DNA of 58,711 nucleotides, filler included, from Sphacelaria rigidula (taxonomy: Eukaryota): NCBI GenBank assembly GCA_964200075.2. It is 7 parts of 7 records of this genome, joined end to end, with 100 filler letters (N's around TTAATTAATTAA, not from the genome) between each part and the next. Parts side by side here need not be neighbours in the genome. Positions count along the whole stretch, not along the records: positions 33,609 to 41,909 come from CAXNAA020011600.1; positions 42,010 to 50,310 come from CAXNAA020011601.1; positions 50,411 to 58,711 come from CAXNAA020011602.1; 4 more parts are not named here. One strand, 5' to 3'. Under the pieces are notes generated by a model that searched no databases, was not told where the DNA came from, and saw only the letters and a program-made list of their open reading frames with translations. Numbering within the stretch: the stretch's first letter is position 1; every line of letters begins with the position of its first letter. Position numbers and translations under genes: made by a program. Below are positions 38,254 to 51,904 of this stretch, in pieces.

Positions 38254-41200
38254 GCGGCGTCAGCAGGGGTCCGGTTCTGGGTTCGGTTCAGCAGTGGCAT
38301 GGGGCTACAAATGTTTACTCCGAGATAATGATAAGGTGTTGTAAAGGCTGACAACTGAGAACCTTGAGGCCAGTGGAGCTGGGGAGTCCCCCAACAGCAT
38401 TCAGACGCTGCAGTACTAGCAAACCTGCTAGCGTCACAGCAGTCGAGTTGTAAGTACCGGATGGCTGCGCAACATAAAGGTTCCGCGTTTCGTTCGCAAG
38501 CCCAATCGCGGTCAGAGTAGCTAGCGAGAAACTCACGCAGTTGGCCTTTCGCTGCAGAGCCGGTCAAACATGGTGGGGTAGGCAGCGGGGGAATAGGCGA
38601 CGGGGCAGAATTGCCGACGTCAATGTCTGCCCCGGGAGCAGGGGCCCAGTCGTCGGCTCCATGCTCGGGAGCGGTAGATGTTGGTGTCGCCGTTATGGGC
38701 GGCGGGGTCGTCGCAGAGCGCGGCGAAGATCGTACGCGGTGCGTGGTGCACGTTGCATTTGTTTTCGCGGAGCGTTGCGTGCGGGTCCGTGGGACCGGTA
38801 CTGCGTAGCTCGTGGGATTTGCAAGTGTTATCGGTGGCGGCGGAGCACTCGGGGGGGTGACGCGGGCGGCAGACCGGGAACGCGTGTTTTCGGAGATTAC
38901 GTGGGTGACCGAAGGTGTCTCCGTGAAACGCTTCGCGCGAGTACCAAAAGTGCGGAAATCGACACAATCGGAGGTAATGGGCGTTGCCCCATCCAAGACG
39001 GCGTCATCTGGTAGAGGGCGAGGTCCTCCCATGTGCATATTAGTTACTGGGCACTGAAGGTTGAGGGCATGAACGGGCCTTGAAAAAAGTCTAATAGAGT
39101 GAGCCCCAGGTTCATCTGCTTCCGTTAAACGGCAAGCCGGGTTGGAATCTGCGGCCGTAGGCGATAGCGGTAGTCGGGAAAGAAGATCAGCGTTCCGGTT
39201 AGTTTTGCCTGGACAGTGCTCACTGGTATACTGGTATGCTGTTGGAAACTCCAACCATCGTTGTACACGCGGGTTGTGTTCGCCAACCTTGGCGAGTTGT
39301 TCGAGTGCCCCAGAAATAGTGTAAATCTCAAATGGCACGTGAAACAGATGTTGCCGAAGGCGCTTAATGGCCCAGAGGATTACTCCGCCTTCCAACTCTA
39401 GCGGGCTCCAGTTCCTGGTCGGGCAGGGTTGCGCGGCTGATGTAGAGGGCGCGTCTGATGTAGAGGATGGGTCAAATGGAGCCATCGACCTGGGGTTGAT
39501 TCAAAACTCCTCCATATCCGTCTGTGCTGGCGTCAGTGTGGAGTTGGAAAAGGTGAGAGCCATCTTGTACTGCCTCCCAATCAGGAAAACAGAGTACCGG
39601 CTTTTCGGTAAGCGTTTTCAGCGATTCGCGGGTGATATTTTCCATGTCGGTGGTAAAGGCAAACACGGCTACTTTCTTGAGTGACTCAGTAAGGGGGCGA
39701 ATCCGTTTTGATAGATTCGGCAAAAAAATGCGGTAGTAGGATATTTCGCCCGACAATGAGCGAAGTTGAGAAATGTTGGTTGTCATCGACAAGTCAGTCA
39801 TCGCCCTGACTTTGTTTGTATCCGGATGTAGGCCTGCTGGCGAAATGGAATGCCCCCGGAAATCCAAGTCAGTCGCACCAAGGCGAGCTTTGGATGGAGA
39901 CAGTTTCAAGTCGTGTGTTCGCAGGCGAGAGAGAAACTCTCGTAGAGTGCGTATGTGTGCAATAGGTGAGGCATCGAAAGCGATAGCGTCATCCAGGTAC
40001 ATGATGATGTGCTCGGGGCCCTCGGTGACGCGTTTCATTAAGCGTTGAAAGCATCCCGGAGCAGTGGCAGCGCCTTGTGACATTCGAAGCCACTCGTACA
40101 GCCCGGAGGAGGTACAAAAGGCCGTAAGTGGGACTGCGTCACGGTGGATAGCGTTCTGGAAGAATCCAGAAGCGAGGTCGAAGGTGCTGACTATTTTTCC
40201 TTCGCCTAAGGAGTCGAAGACTTCATCAATGCGGGGGATTGGGAGTTTTCCATCCACAGTGACGCGGTTCAAGCGTTGGTAACTCACGGCTATGCGTATC
40301 TTTAAAAGCTTTTTGAGAACGACCACAAGTGGCGAGGCTCAAGGAGAGGAGGAATGTTGTATTAACCCCGCTCCCAAATATGCATCCAAGATGGCCTTTA
40401 CTTTTTTGGTAAAGATTGGGTTTGTCAGGTATGGTCGAGAAGAGATTGGCGAGACGCCGGGTTGGAGTGTATCCTCAAAGGGCGGCGTTTTGCAATATCC
40501 ATAATCCGTCTTGGATCGACAAAAAACAATTGAAACTGTAGCAGGGCATCGCTGAGTTTCTGGATGACTGCTGGTTCCCAGCCGGGCCCATGAAGGTCAA
40601 AATTGATATCACGCATGTGTGGCGGCAGTAGGTGCCACATTTGCAAGAAACTATTCCGAGAATCTGGTGATGAGCGTTGAAGCACTCCAGCAAGAGGATC
40701 GAAATTTGACTGGGCAGGATTCATGGCGTGGACCTGGAATGGAGTCGCAGAGGCAAGGTCGAAATATGGTTCATCGATACAATGGACTGACTCTGTCGGA
40801 AATGTTGCGTTGGGCTCGGCAGGCTCTGTTACGCACGTCTCGAGTGGGATGTGCATCAGGGGAGCAGCGGCGATTCCTAAAATATCGCCGAGTTCCAAGT
40901 TATCATAATCCGTAAGAGGGAGGAGTTGTTGTCCCGCCGAGACAAAAATGTCCTGTGTCGGCTGGTGCGCCAATAAGGGGTAACATTTCGGCAAGATAAT
41001 GACCCATAAGTGCAGGCATGCCATTTCGGCGAAATGTTGCAACTCCTAAAAGTTGAGGATCGTCGGAGAGTGTAATACCAACGCTACCGTTGTATCGTAG
41101 GCGGTAAGCAGCTCCGGTTGCTTGAGTATTCTTTTGGTAGGCCAGGGCGCCGTGGAGTGTACCACAGTGTTCAAGGTTGAATTCTCCACGAGGCGGGGAG

Positions 41201-41909
41201 TGTGGCGATGGTGGTGGAAGCGTGCGGTAGGTTCGTTGATTAATTCGCATATTATGGCTATCTCTGCCCAATAATATGGCATGATGCATAGTGCTGTCGG
41301 GGACAATCGATGCGCAGACGACCAGGCTGGCAGAAGAAGTTGTGTCGTGGGAAAATTGTACACTGAGACGTACGAAGTTTCGTGTCGTCAGGGGCGTGGT
41401 AGAACCACCGAGACCGCCCCATACTCGAGGCTGGGGGGTGATTTCGCAAGCTGCAGTAGCAGCGCCATCTCTTTTATGTGCTCCCATGTTGATTCTCGAG
41501 TGAATGTTTGCGGGCTTCCGCTGTCCAACAAGGATATGCATTTCGTAGGCGTGGTAGATTTTGGGCCAGAGTGGATCGCAACGCGTGTAGTGAAAGTGGC
41601 CGGGTCCACAGACACTTTACCGCCGACAAGGTCCGGAACGTCTTCCGGCAAGGTAAATTGGCCAGAAACAGCGGGGCTGACAGCAAAAACGGACGGCGGG
41701 TGATCCGCCGGTGGGTCAGATTCTCACCAAAGAAAGGGGTGGATGGTATATTATTTCCAGGTGTGGCACGATCAAAGTGATCATTAGCGATTTCGTAAAT
41801 GATCGTCTTCGGCTGACAAGGATCACCGTCCAAGGACACTTTCTACGATAGCCCCCCCCAAAAACCAGCTAAAAGTGTCAGGAAAAAAATGGCCATACAG
41901 CGCCTGATG
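34021..41909 (-). mobile_element. Decayed Ty3/Gypsy retrotransposon: protease (~41650-41390), RT (40326-39600), RNase H (~39560-39150), integrase (~36500-35540), GPY/F + chromo-like + Tudor-like tail (35502-34594)
   Basis: LLDSGSPQTF; PIPRIDEVFD..STFDLASGFFQ..TAFCTSSGLYEW..IMYLDD; LHTDAS; NWSPLELEGGVILWAIKRLR; LLSDNGQQF, SAYHPNGNGGTERANHT; WTGPF. Domain order is PR-RT-RH-INT, with stops and frameshifts. Tentative PPT GGGAGAGGG and a short LTR at 34119-34021 (TGCGAGA..TCTCGCA). Confidence 0.93.
36725..38438 (+). mobile_element. Nested, oppositely oriented, internally deleted LTR element: 252-bp 5' LTR (36725-36976), decayed gag with zinc knuckle, partial 3' LTR (38293-38438)
   Basis: Termini TGTGACG...CGTCACA with 4-bp TSD GCAG/GCAG. 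A ~146-bp direct repeat at 36831-36976 vs 38293-38438. Knuckle CF*CGQVGHIARNC at ~38054-38095. Removing the element restores the host frame RYLQLDCPVP. Confidence 0.92.
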
Positions 41910-44853
41910 NNNNNNNNNNNNNNNNNNNNNNNNNNNNNNNNNNNNNNNNNNNNTTAATTAATTAANNNNNNNNNNNNNNNNNNNNNNNNNNNNNNNNNNN
42001 NNNNNNNNNGGGGTGGGAGGTAAAGGTCAGGATGACTTGGGCTTGTTCAGGGGCCCCCCCCCCCCCCCCCTCCTCCCCCCCTCCGTCTTATGACTATGGC
42101 ATGCATGATCATGAGTACTCCCCCCCCTCGCGCGCGCGCTCTCCCGCCCCATGCGTGCAGCTACTGTTCCTGCACTTCGGGTATAAGATGGTCAAAGAGG
42201 GACTAGAATCCCAGGGTAGACCGTTGGAGGAGCTCACAGAGGTTATTTTGTTTGTCTTTATTCACCCCATACACGCATGCTACGAAATGTATTTTCTGGG
42301 CCGATGACAGGCCAACATCGATGACCTCGTCCACAGTGAAGGCCCCACCTTCGGAGGTCGCGCCCTTGGAAGTAGGTGGTCGAAATCTGTCGGTAAACGG
42401 GGTCTTATGGCAACACAGTCCGCGGCCGTCCCTACACTACGGAGAAGATCAGGGTTGGGTTCGTGTTCGATCGGGGTGATGATTGCACCCCGCATACACC
42501 AGTGGCTGCATTCGTTGGTTACACTTGGTTGTCGCTGGTGTGTGCGATGATGGTGTTGCTTCATGTAGTCAAACTCAACCGATGGCAACTTGCTCGGGGA
42601 TGTGTCCAACATACCCAAGAGGAAAGAGCGCGACATACGGTTTCTTGAGCTGGAAAACCTGGCCATATTGTGGTTGGGTCTGAGAATAGGAGTCCCGGGA
42701 AAGATAGCGGTCGAACACAGTATGTGACACGGTAGTATACCCACAGGTGATGAGCTTCAGAGGCTCGAGGATCCATCAGCCTGGCGTGTTGTGAAGGGGG
42801 CTGGTATACAACGTGCCCTGATGGAATATTGTGGATGCCAACATTCCGCCAGAAACTGAGCTAAGCATATATTACACAAGGATGTTTTTGCTTCTTTTGT
42901 AGCGTGCTCTTGTTGCACTCTACTGTTACCCCCGGTGGGACATCTGCTGCAGAAAGTGATATTATCCATGCCTGGTTGTAGTATGTCTAGTGTTTTCCTT
43001 CGCCGTGTGATTTGAGTGGACGGCTGGAATGATAAGAGCTGACATCATGAAGGAAGGGTAAAAAGAGCGAAGTTATGTGTTCTTGTTGGGGTGGCAGAGG
43101 GAGGCAGGAGAAGGAATCATGTTGCGTTGACATTTGAAACTTGAAACAGTTAAATCACGGCAGATGTTGAGTATGAAAGAGTGCCACGAATGTCGTCATC
43201 GCCCCTCGCGCGTCACTGGTAGTGGGCAGTCATACAGAGTCCATTTCCCTTGCTATGTGCTCCTCGTAACAAGACGAAAATGCTTGTGTGTATGCGCGCG
43301 GATGTCAGTCGCCAAAAATGATACGATCAATTCGATTTATGTTCCATTTATGACAGGTAGAGGAGGAACTCATCAAGAAGAGCGAAGGTCCAGCAAGAGC
43401 ACAGATGATGGGGACGTGGAGGGGGGGGATGGGCAGTCGCGTTAAAAACGGCCGGCGAGGGGATTTCAAGAAATCTCTCTCGCATCTATGTGCTAACATT
43501 TGTCATGTTTTTGGGCCATTCGTAGATTCTCTCTCTCCACGGGATGATCCTCGCATCTTCACCCCGGCACACTACGCGCCCTGCATTTTTTTCATTGAAC
43601 ATCGGATCAGCAATTTTGCCCAACGAATCATCACGAATCATCCACCATCGACGTTTCCCGAGTCTGCCGTTTTCAAAAGGCGAAGGCATATATATGTATA
43701 TATATATATGTACATGTATCATTTCACAATTTTCATCACTTTTGCCGAGTTTTCTCCGGCGGCAAGGCATTTTATCCCGCGCTTTCTTTTGCAGTGCACG
43801 AAGAAGGCGCAGCGGTACATTACTGTTCTGGTTTGGGTATCATCTATTACCTGTGGCGCATGCTCTAGCCATCGAAGGTCGTCCGCACCGCTTCTTTTTC
43901 GCGGGGTGTCGATCCCGAACCACAAACGCCTACCAAGTCCGTCGAAAACTTCAAATAAGAAGCACAAAAGACCGCTCATTATCTGGCGGGGTATTCTTTC
44001 GCCGTGATTTTCTTTGCGTTCTCGATGATTTGGGAACACGAAGACAGCGGTTATGTCACGAGAACATAAGAGCAAAGCAGTTGAAAACATCTGGATATTG
44101 CCTTGACTTAGCCAGCAGCAAGCACAAGTCGAATGATCTGAGATCCCTTATCATTTAGTTCTGACGTGAAGCCTCTAACGCGGTCATATCTGCGTAAGTG
44201 ATGTGTGCCCAATTATGCGAACATAACAATCCACAAAAGCATGGTGAAGCACACTGAAGAATATGTAGATCGGTATTAGAGGAAGGGGTCACAGTCACAG
44301 CTGCAGCAGGGGAAGTCGCTGATGGCCCGGTGTGCATTGATACCGTGGATACCTACGGTGCGTGGCATTTGTTTTTTTCAACACCCTACTGTCTGATGAC
44401 GGCTGGATAGATTGGGTACAGTGACAGTTGTTGAGCACGCAGGCTGCGACGGATCCTGCCGGCCTCATCATCAATCTTCGCCCAGCTACGGACGAACGCT
44501 CAAAGAAACCCAGCAAACAAGCATCGTTTATGGTCCGCTATATATGTGAGGGTTGGGAGCTGAACATTTCCGCTTCAAAAATCTCGACAGTCGAAGATTA
44601 AGCTCCTGTCGCGCGACCAGTGGGTAGTGCCACGGACCCTTGCCGGCGTACCTGGCACTGGGGGCGACATCTCGTGCAGAGTAGGTAACACTGAAGTTTG
44701 TAAGATTTTGTCCACCAGATGATCAATCACATTTTCCCAAGATTTTTCTCGCCTGTACGGTCACTGTCAGTGGCCTGTGGTGCAGAGTAAGCACCATGAC
44801 TCGCGCTCCCGGTCGTCGTTTTGTGTTGTCGCAACGCGTGTTATACCGTACTC

Positions 44854-44863
44854 GTGTGTGTGT

Positions 44864-44906
<43 letters not shown>
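44854..44906. repeat. (GT)n microsatellite
   Basis: Directly visible. Confidence 0.95.
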
Positions 44907-44907
<1 letters not shown>

Positions 44908-44986
44908 CAGGTATTTATATCGTGCTGTTACTAAAAGTACCAATTGGTCGCTGCACGCGCCCTAATGTGCGCGCCCTAAAAGAATG

Positions 44987-45264
44987 CAAGGGTCGGACAA
45001 ATCAATGATTCGTCTGGAAAAAAAACAAATTACTTGGTTTTAGTATCATTGATTCGAATCGTACGAATCAATCCCTAGACTTTGTTTTCAGCATTGCAAC
45101 CCAGGTACACGCAGCCCAGACACACCTGGAATGGCGCAAAAGTTGCGTGGATACCCCTTGGACCAGCGGTCAGCTTTTTTCTCCCTTTTGGGCAATCAGG
45201 CCTAAGAAAAGAAATCGTGGATTTGGTGGTTCGTAGTCGTGATGATTCGTCCTAATTAACCGTG
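44987..45264. mobile_element. MITE of the CACGGTTAGGACAAAT TIR family, 8-bp TSD
   Basis: CAAGGGTCGGACAAAT...ATTCGTCCTAATTAACCGTG. Flanks AAAGAATG/GAAGAATG. Shares internal blocks with 51947-52097. Confidence 0.75.
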
Positions 45265-48078
45265 GAAGAATGTGACGTTGTCAAAATGGCAACACGACAA
45301 TCATTTTGAAGTCAAAGCATTGTCGAAACGTGGGGTGGGTGTTGTCAAACAGGTGATATGGACAGCATCCACCATGGCATATTTAGCGGAATGTTGGGAT
45401 CGGTCTCAGATCGCCACGATAGCTCTGGCCACAACCAAGGACCCCGGCGGGGTAACGCTTGGGGGCATCATCGGGCACTCTTTGTGCACGGAAATGGCCG
45501 TCATCGGGGTCGAATGCTGGGGGCGCGGGTGAACAGTACATCCTTTCCATGAATACGACGTCCACGGCAGCGTCGAGGAGCTCTGCAGTTACTTCATCTT
45601 CACATCATGGTGGCCTCTGTTTTCATATTTCGTTCTTGCTCTCTAAATACTCATTTCAAGGCATTGGTGATTGTTTTCCCGTGCGATTATTCGGAGGAAC
45701 ACAAACCAGAGCAAAGGCATATCAATTGATTGGCGAAGGCATGTCTTGATTACAGGATCGTTCCTCCAACCTACATGTATATATTATCATCGCTTGCGGA
45801 TTCGATCTACCCTTCAAACCACTATTTATGAAACCAAAGAGACCAAAACATTTCATTTGTTTCGGGAGATGTTGAGATGTATCGATACGGGGGGATATAC
45901 CCGAAAACTCTCCATGCTACCACTCCGTTCACCTCTGACTGCAAGACAGTGTGGAACAGTCGGCGTGTTGTCACCAAGTGCTCAAGAAAGGACACACCTC
46001 CTTCCACAGCAGACTAAGACCAAAGAGTGTTCGAAGCTCTCACAACGGCAGAGTGGATCCGAGCAGCCCGTCTAGGCTGATGTGTAGGATGTCTATTACT
46101 GTTTTCAGTCGCAATGGTTGACTTGAACTCCCTCCCCCCTCTCAACGAGTCGGCCAGTATTTTTGGAATTATTGAGCCATCTCTATTCCCAGGCGTCTAG
46201 GGCTGTTATTTTCCTTTCAAGTATCCCAACCCTCCCCCTTTTTTTGTTTTTTGTTTTAGGTCGGCCATTTATTTCTCTGCTTTGCTTGTGTTGATTCTTT
46301 TTATTTGTTACGACTTAGTCTGCTATGTCGTTCTGTTCTACTTTTTTTTGTTCTGTTCCTTTTTTTTCCAGGGCGTGTGTCAGTTTCGTTTTTCTTGGGT
46401 ACGTCTATCATGAGACCACGGCTGGACCCCTGGATATCAGTTCAAGTGCGATATTCAATCGATCAAAATCCCCCCGACCTCGATTGTTGGCGAACACCTC
46501 GCTTATTTCTTTTTGCCGCTTTGATACTCGACCATAATGTATGACTGCAACAGACAGACAGAATGCCGGAGAAGACGATAAACCTTGCGAGAGGAGCAGT
46601 GTTGTTGTTCGGCGTGTTCGCGCGTGCGTGCCATGGGTTGGCAGTGAGCGACTTGTTGAGCCACATGCCGACACATTGTGAGGGTGGCGGGGGCGAGGGG
46701 TGGCGATGTTGCGGTAATCGTGGGTGGAGATAACCAAAAGAGGAAGGGAAGTTAGACAGATAGCTCGAACATGAAATCCTGGACACGTGCTGGCGTACAG
46801 GTAGCAGTCTTCGCAGGAGTGAGTGATTTCCGACATCCTGCGTAGTGGCATGGCTGACCATAGCGACATGCTTTTTAAAAGGGGCGTCGCTGAAATAAGA
46901 AAAGCTCGCTTCCTTGTCAGTGTGATGGGCGAAGTAGCTGTCTAGCTGATCGAAAGGAAGCGTTTTAGGAGGCGTGTCGGTGCACATTATCATCATTCTA
47001 TTGGTGTATGGTGTCGACAAAAGCGACAGATTGGATGGTCATCTCTTTTCGATTTTGTTTTTCGTAATTTTTTGTCGGCAAAGAGTAAATGGTAGGTAGA
47101 ACACTGCAGCGACACTCCATTCAATTTCGGTAGCGCTTTTACTTCCAAGGTGGTCACGTCGTGTGTTGGAAGTATTTGGGTTTTGCGTTTGTCTTTGCCA
47201 CGTGTTATTTTTCGTTCACGTGCGATGAGACAGATATGATGCGATGAATGAGAGCAGGGTTTCAGTGACTGAGCCACTCGCAGTCGGTCATCGTTTTGCT
47301 ACACGCGTACAGCATAGGTCAACTGGTTCCAAGAGGCACCATCTGCTCGCGTTGTGATTGGTTTAAAAACCACCACCATCGGGGCAGTCTGCGTATGTAT
47401 GTTGTGCCGTACAAGTATAACCTTTTACTACTTGAAATCTCGCAACCCCCACAGACTGGTGTCTTTTGTGCTGCTATCTTGTACGTGTGGGTGAGTGTGC
47501 GTCATGTTCTATGTACGTACAGGAGTAGCGCATGTTTTTGCTTGTTGGGCTTTTGCGACCGCCATCCGCACGGTTAGACTATTGCGGCAGTGTGCGAGAA
47601 AACTTCTTTGCTGTGATGGGATGACAGCAGTGGGCCAGCCAGTAGTTAGAACAATTGTTTTTGCAGGCTTTAGCAGCGGAGGCGGAGGAGCGATTGCGCA
47701 TGACGTGAAAGTTTCGAGACACGTGTGCTTTGAATATTCAGGTTGGATGATAGCCTGAAAGAAGGTCTAGCTTGGCCAGTCACAATCACGGTCCGATGAA
47801 CGGACAAGAATACAAAAATGCTCGGTGTAGCGCACCGTACCGCAGGTTGTTTTTCTGGGGTATCTCGGGTATCGATTGTCGGGACCAGTGAGAGTTTCAG
47901 GGTACACCTTTAGTATTATGGACTGGTGAAACACTAGGTATTTTACAGGATACCTTGTGTGTGAACCTCCCCGGAATATGGAAAAATGAACACTCCGTAA
48001 TGAATAGCCGTGGCGGTGCCGTACCCTTACGCCTGTTGTGTGGGATTACATGGGTCGCCAGTGGAAGTGTGTTGCATC

Positions 48079-48289
48079 TGTAATGCGTGAGAGGACCGCG
48101 TGCTTAGAGGACCGCATCGGAATTTGAACATCCCTATGGTCGGGGTTGGAGTTAGGGTTAGTGTTGGGGTTAGGGTCAGGAGCGTGGTACCTGCAGGGAC
48201 TGGATCGATTGGTTTTGAAAAACATCGATCCTGAGGTGTTTTTAACTACGGCGCGGTCCTCGAAGCACGCGGTCCTCTCACGCATTACA
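48079..48289 (-). mobile_element. Telomere-core MITE, best-preserved copy
   Basis: Near-perfect ~37-bp TIRs. Core ggggttggagttagggttagtgttggggttagggtcagg. Flanks GCATC/GTATC. Confidence 0.9.
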
Positions 48290-50454
48290 GTATCGATCGC
48301 ATTCTTTTTCTGAATAAGAGCCGCAAAGAGTCATGATGCTTAAACACGTGCATGCACATATGGCAGGCATGGCGAATTGCCCCGAGCCACGAGGAGACTC
48401 GTCACGCACACTACACATGGACAAAGCTAGGCTCGCGAGTATGGCCCTTTGGGTTATCCATGCTCCCATGGATGTATTCATATTTCACGTATATGTACAT
48501 CCTAGTGCGGAAGCGTTCGCCGGCATGTGTGTGTGACAGTAACACGTTGCTCTAATGAAGTGTCTACCCGGCGATGGTTAGGTTCGCGTTTGAAGCAGCG
48601 GATGGCTGCTGTTTATCCCTAAAAGAGCTGGTCTGCCTTGAGAAGCATGAAAAGGCGTAGAGTACAACAATGTTTCCGTGAAATTGAGAGTGAATTTCTC
48701 GCTCTGTGTGTATTTTTCTTTTCCCGCAACGCTGACGTCTGCTCACTCACAGCTACACGTCGTTTTCTTACTCAGGGATATCAAAAGCTTCAGTGACGAG
48801 CTACTACCGACAGCGTATATCGGGCCCCGTGGAGGGACATTTCGGAACTGAAACTATGCATTCATTAGTTGACCGGTTCTTACTCTCAAACATTGTTCTA
48901 CTCCGTGTGAACTCTCTCGACAAGGGTCAAGAGTCTTAACTTCAACATTTGCACACCTCTCGGTATGCGCGGAATGTAAAACGAGGATTTCAACATTGGC
49001 ACTCTCTCGAGACACCACCCACGTTTCCAGCAGCTGTGGTGATTCATTCGGAATGTTCTTTTTTGTTTGTGGTGCCGCAGAGCAGTCGAGATGTTGAGAA
49101 GTGTCCCAGGATATTATTTTCGATCGAAACTGTGCGGTGGAAAAGGATATCTCCGATCTGATGGGTCGTGATTGCAACGATCGTGATCTATGTTGACGGT
49201 ATGATAGGTGAACCACCACCCATCAGATCGGAGTTCTCGTTTTTCACTGCATTTTGATATGCGAAGACTCGGCCTTAAATGGCGCAGTAGGACTTGGAAA
49301 AAAAAGCAACAATCACGACCTTACTTCGTAACCTGCCTATTGTAGGTGAACAAAATTTCAAGTCAAGTCGTGAACATATCGAACACCATATTCGTGAGAT
49401 TCAGAGCGTAATGTCGGATTCAGAGTGGATGCTCTAGCGTTCCTTACAGGCAGGCAACTTTTTCTTTTTTTGCTTGAGCACACGTCCTGTGCATGCAGCT
49501 ACCGTACAGTACCCCATTCGAGGAATTCGGCGGTTTGGTTGGTGAGATACCGCACAAAGCATTTTTACGCCTGGGGGGGCATTTCGGAACTGAAACTGTT
49601 TCAGGTACTAATCACTTTTTCCTGATCGAGGGGATCTTTTGTTGCAATGGTCTGACTACGTCGTTGTGATCAAGCGATTTGTCAAATTGATCGTGTAGGT
49701 GACAGCTTTCATTAAAGCTACCGCTTCACCAGCTGGGCGCATTACTCCTCGGACTGTGGTGATGTCGAAATCGACGGGAAAGTGAATTGTTTCGGGTCTC
49801 ACTCTGGATCCGATGTTACACTCTGAATCTCACGAATACAGTGTTATCGGGGAGAAATGCGAGAGACGATGAAAATCCACTTTCTTATTGAGATATTCTG
49901 CAGATTCGACTGCTGTTACCTCATGGTGGTGGGGTTGCGGAAGAACGAAAAAATACTGTAGCCACGCACGCATGCGAATTATTAACATGATGTCTGCGCA
50001 ATGCTTCTTATTATATTCTAGTTGGAATTGATATCTTGGCAAAATGTTTTTCGATACCAATTTCACGATTATTTCCGTGACTCGCTGTCGGTTGCCGTCT
50101 CTCAACTCAAGATAGTGTGACATTCGTGGAAAATCAATGCGGTAGAAACAATCGTTACTCCCCTGAGACTGTTATATTTCCCTTGGGTACTGACCTATAC
50201 GAGCTGGGCCGGCCTACACGCGGATTTAAGCTCTCAGAGCAATATAATTACAGGGTTGCCAGAAAAATGAGAACATATTTTGAAATGAGAATCAACCGCT
50301 CCCCGGGATTNNNNNNNNNNNNNNNNNNNNNNNNNNNNNNNNNNNNNNNNNNNNTTAATTAATTAANNNNNNNNNNNNNNNNNNNNNNNNNNNNNNNNNN
50401 NNNNNNNNNNGGGGGGGGGGGGGGGGCGGTTCGTGGGGGGCGTGGGTCTTGTGG

Positions 50455-50489
<35 letters not shown>

Positions 50490-51236
50490 ACTGCTCTACC
50501 CGGCACTGCATCGTACTGTTTCGCACAGCCTAGGATTTCGATCTCGAATAGAGTTATGGTATTGTCGGCACGATAAACAGCATGCTCCCCGACACGGGGG
50601 CTATTTACCGTGGTAATTTGCAACTTTTGCGCTCAACGTTGGAGTTACAGCTTTGAGCAGAGTTTTCGCCACACACACATATTTTGGCAGTCACATTTCA
50701 CAACCTTGTTGAGGTGTTCAACCAACCTATAATAGTGCTGCTCCCTGTTTGACATCACGTTTGTCACCACCCCTCGAAAATCTGTGCACGACGTGGTCGG
50801 CAGACTCAATCAAGCATGAAGCCACAGCCATGTTGGTCTCCTACTATAGGCCATGCCCATGGCTGCCTCCGAGAACTCCCGCTCAACTATGTGTATCACA
50901 GCGCGTAAGTTGATGATCGATATTTTCCGAACGTTGGCAAAACAAGTACTTCGAGTACTTCGAGGTAAATATATATGTACAAGGCCCCTTGCCGGCCGCA
51001 GCGGTTCCTTTGTTAGCGGGTCACGCCTGACGCGTTATAAACAGCCAGGCTCTCGTGTTTTGTAGCAGTTGGTCTGTTTGTGTTGATGCGGGGGCTGAGA
51101 AGAGGATTATTTATTATGTGGAGCGGCAGCGGTGCACTTGCCAACGCAAACGCTTCGGAACGCAAACCTGTTCTTTCTGTAATAGCTTCGCCTTCTTTTT
51201 TTCTTTTCTTTTGTATCGCGTATGTGTGAATTTTTC

Positions 51237-51795
51237 CTGGGATGTCCATTACCCCAGATGCATCATGTCACCTACCGGTGATTACCTCAAATCATATATT
51301 GGTGTTACCAACCGGTAATTACCGCAAATTATCAGGGGTCGAACATGCCCCATCCCGTGAGTAGAGGGCGTGGGTTTTGTGCGCTACCCACCCCCGCAAG
51401 TATGGGCGTTTGTTAGCGCTTGTTTTCTGTGCTAGTTGTGACGGTGTCAGCGTGCTGCCTAAACAACCTCGCATACGACCGTGCAGGAGTGTTGTGTGGC
51501 GTATGACTTCAGTCTAAAGTTGGGGTAACTAGCAAGAGACTTATATCGCCCCCGACCAAACCATCGGACTCCCTGCTGGAGTGGGATGTTATGCATGATG
51601 TTTTTGTCTGTTTGCGCGTGGTCAATGCTGTGCGCTGTATTTATTGGACAATAGTTATATCAGGTAGAGCCTGCCTGTTGACATCATAGGGCACCGTCAG
51701 TAGGCAAAACCCGGGATATTACCGCGGAAAACCATGTTACCTACCTCGAATAATTGTTACCAGTAATTACCGGGACGGGGTAATGGAAATCCCTG
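51237..51795. mobile_element. hAT-like MITE
   Basis: TIRs CTGGGATGTCCATTACCCC / GGGGTAATGGAAATCCCTG (17/19). Perfect 8-bp TSD AATTTTTC. Subterminal ATTACCG repeats. Confidence 0.88.
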
Positions 51796-51904
51796 AATTT
51801 TTCTGGTGTGAAAAATCTCTTGAACAGTTATGCGGCAATCGACGTAGATCATCCCCCTGCGTGTTTTTGTCATGTGATTGATACGCGTGATCACCTGACG
51901 GGAA

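Larger units (their letters stand above)
42161..45528 (+). pseudogene. GDT1: GDT1/TMEM165 (UPF0016) Ca2+/Mn2+ transporter pseudogene fragment; exons 42161-42241, 43357-~43440, 45353-45528
   Basis: AG/GT-bounded exons read LLFLHFGYKMVKEGLESQGRPLEELTE, then VEEELIKKSEG.., then VIWTASTMAYLAECWDRSQIATIALATTKDPGGVTLGGIIGHSLCTEMAVIG. The family motif E-x-G-D-[KR]-[ST] is altered to ECWDRS. Apparent frameshifts occur in exon 2 and before RML..R in exon 3. Confidence 0.85.

Noticed and set aside
38049-39485. 478-aa ORF as a standalone gene
   Set aside because: Chimera of Gypsy RNase H/linker reading into the antisense strand of the nested element.
46408-47277. Overlapping minus-strand ORFs with Cys/His
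   Set aside because: No recognisable motif or splice structure.
48830-50130. Repeated ATTTCGGAACTGAAACT (~48839 and ~49581) and short ORFs
   Set aside because: Only a 17-bp match; the surrounding frames contain stops and no family was recognised.
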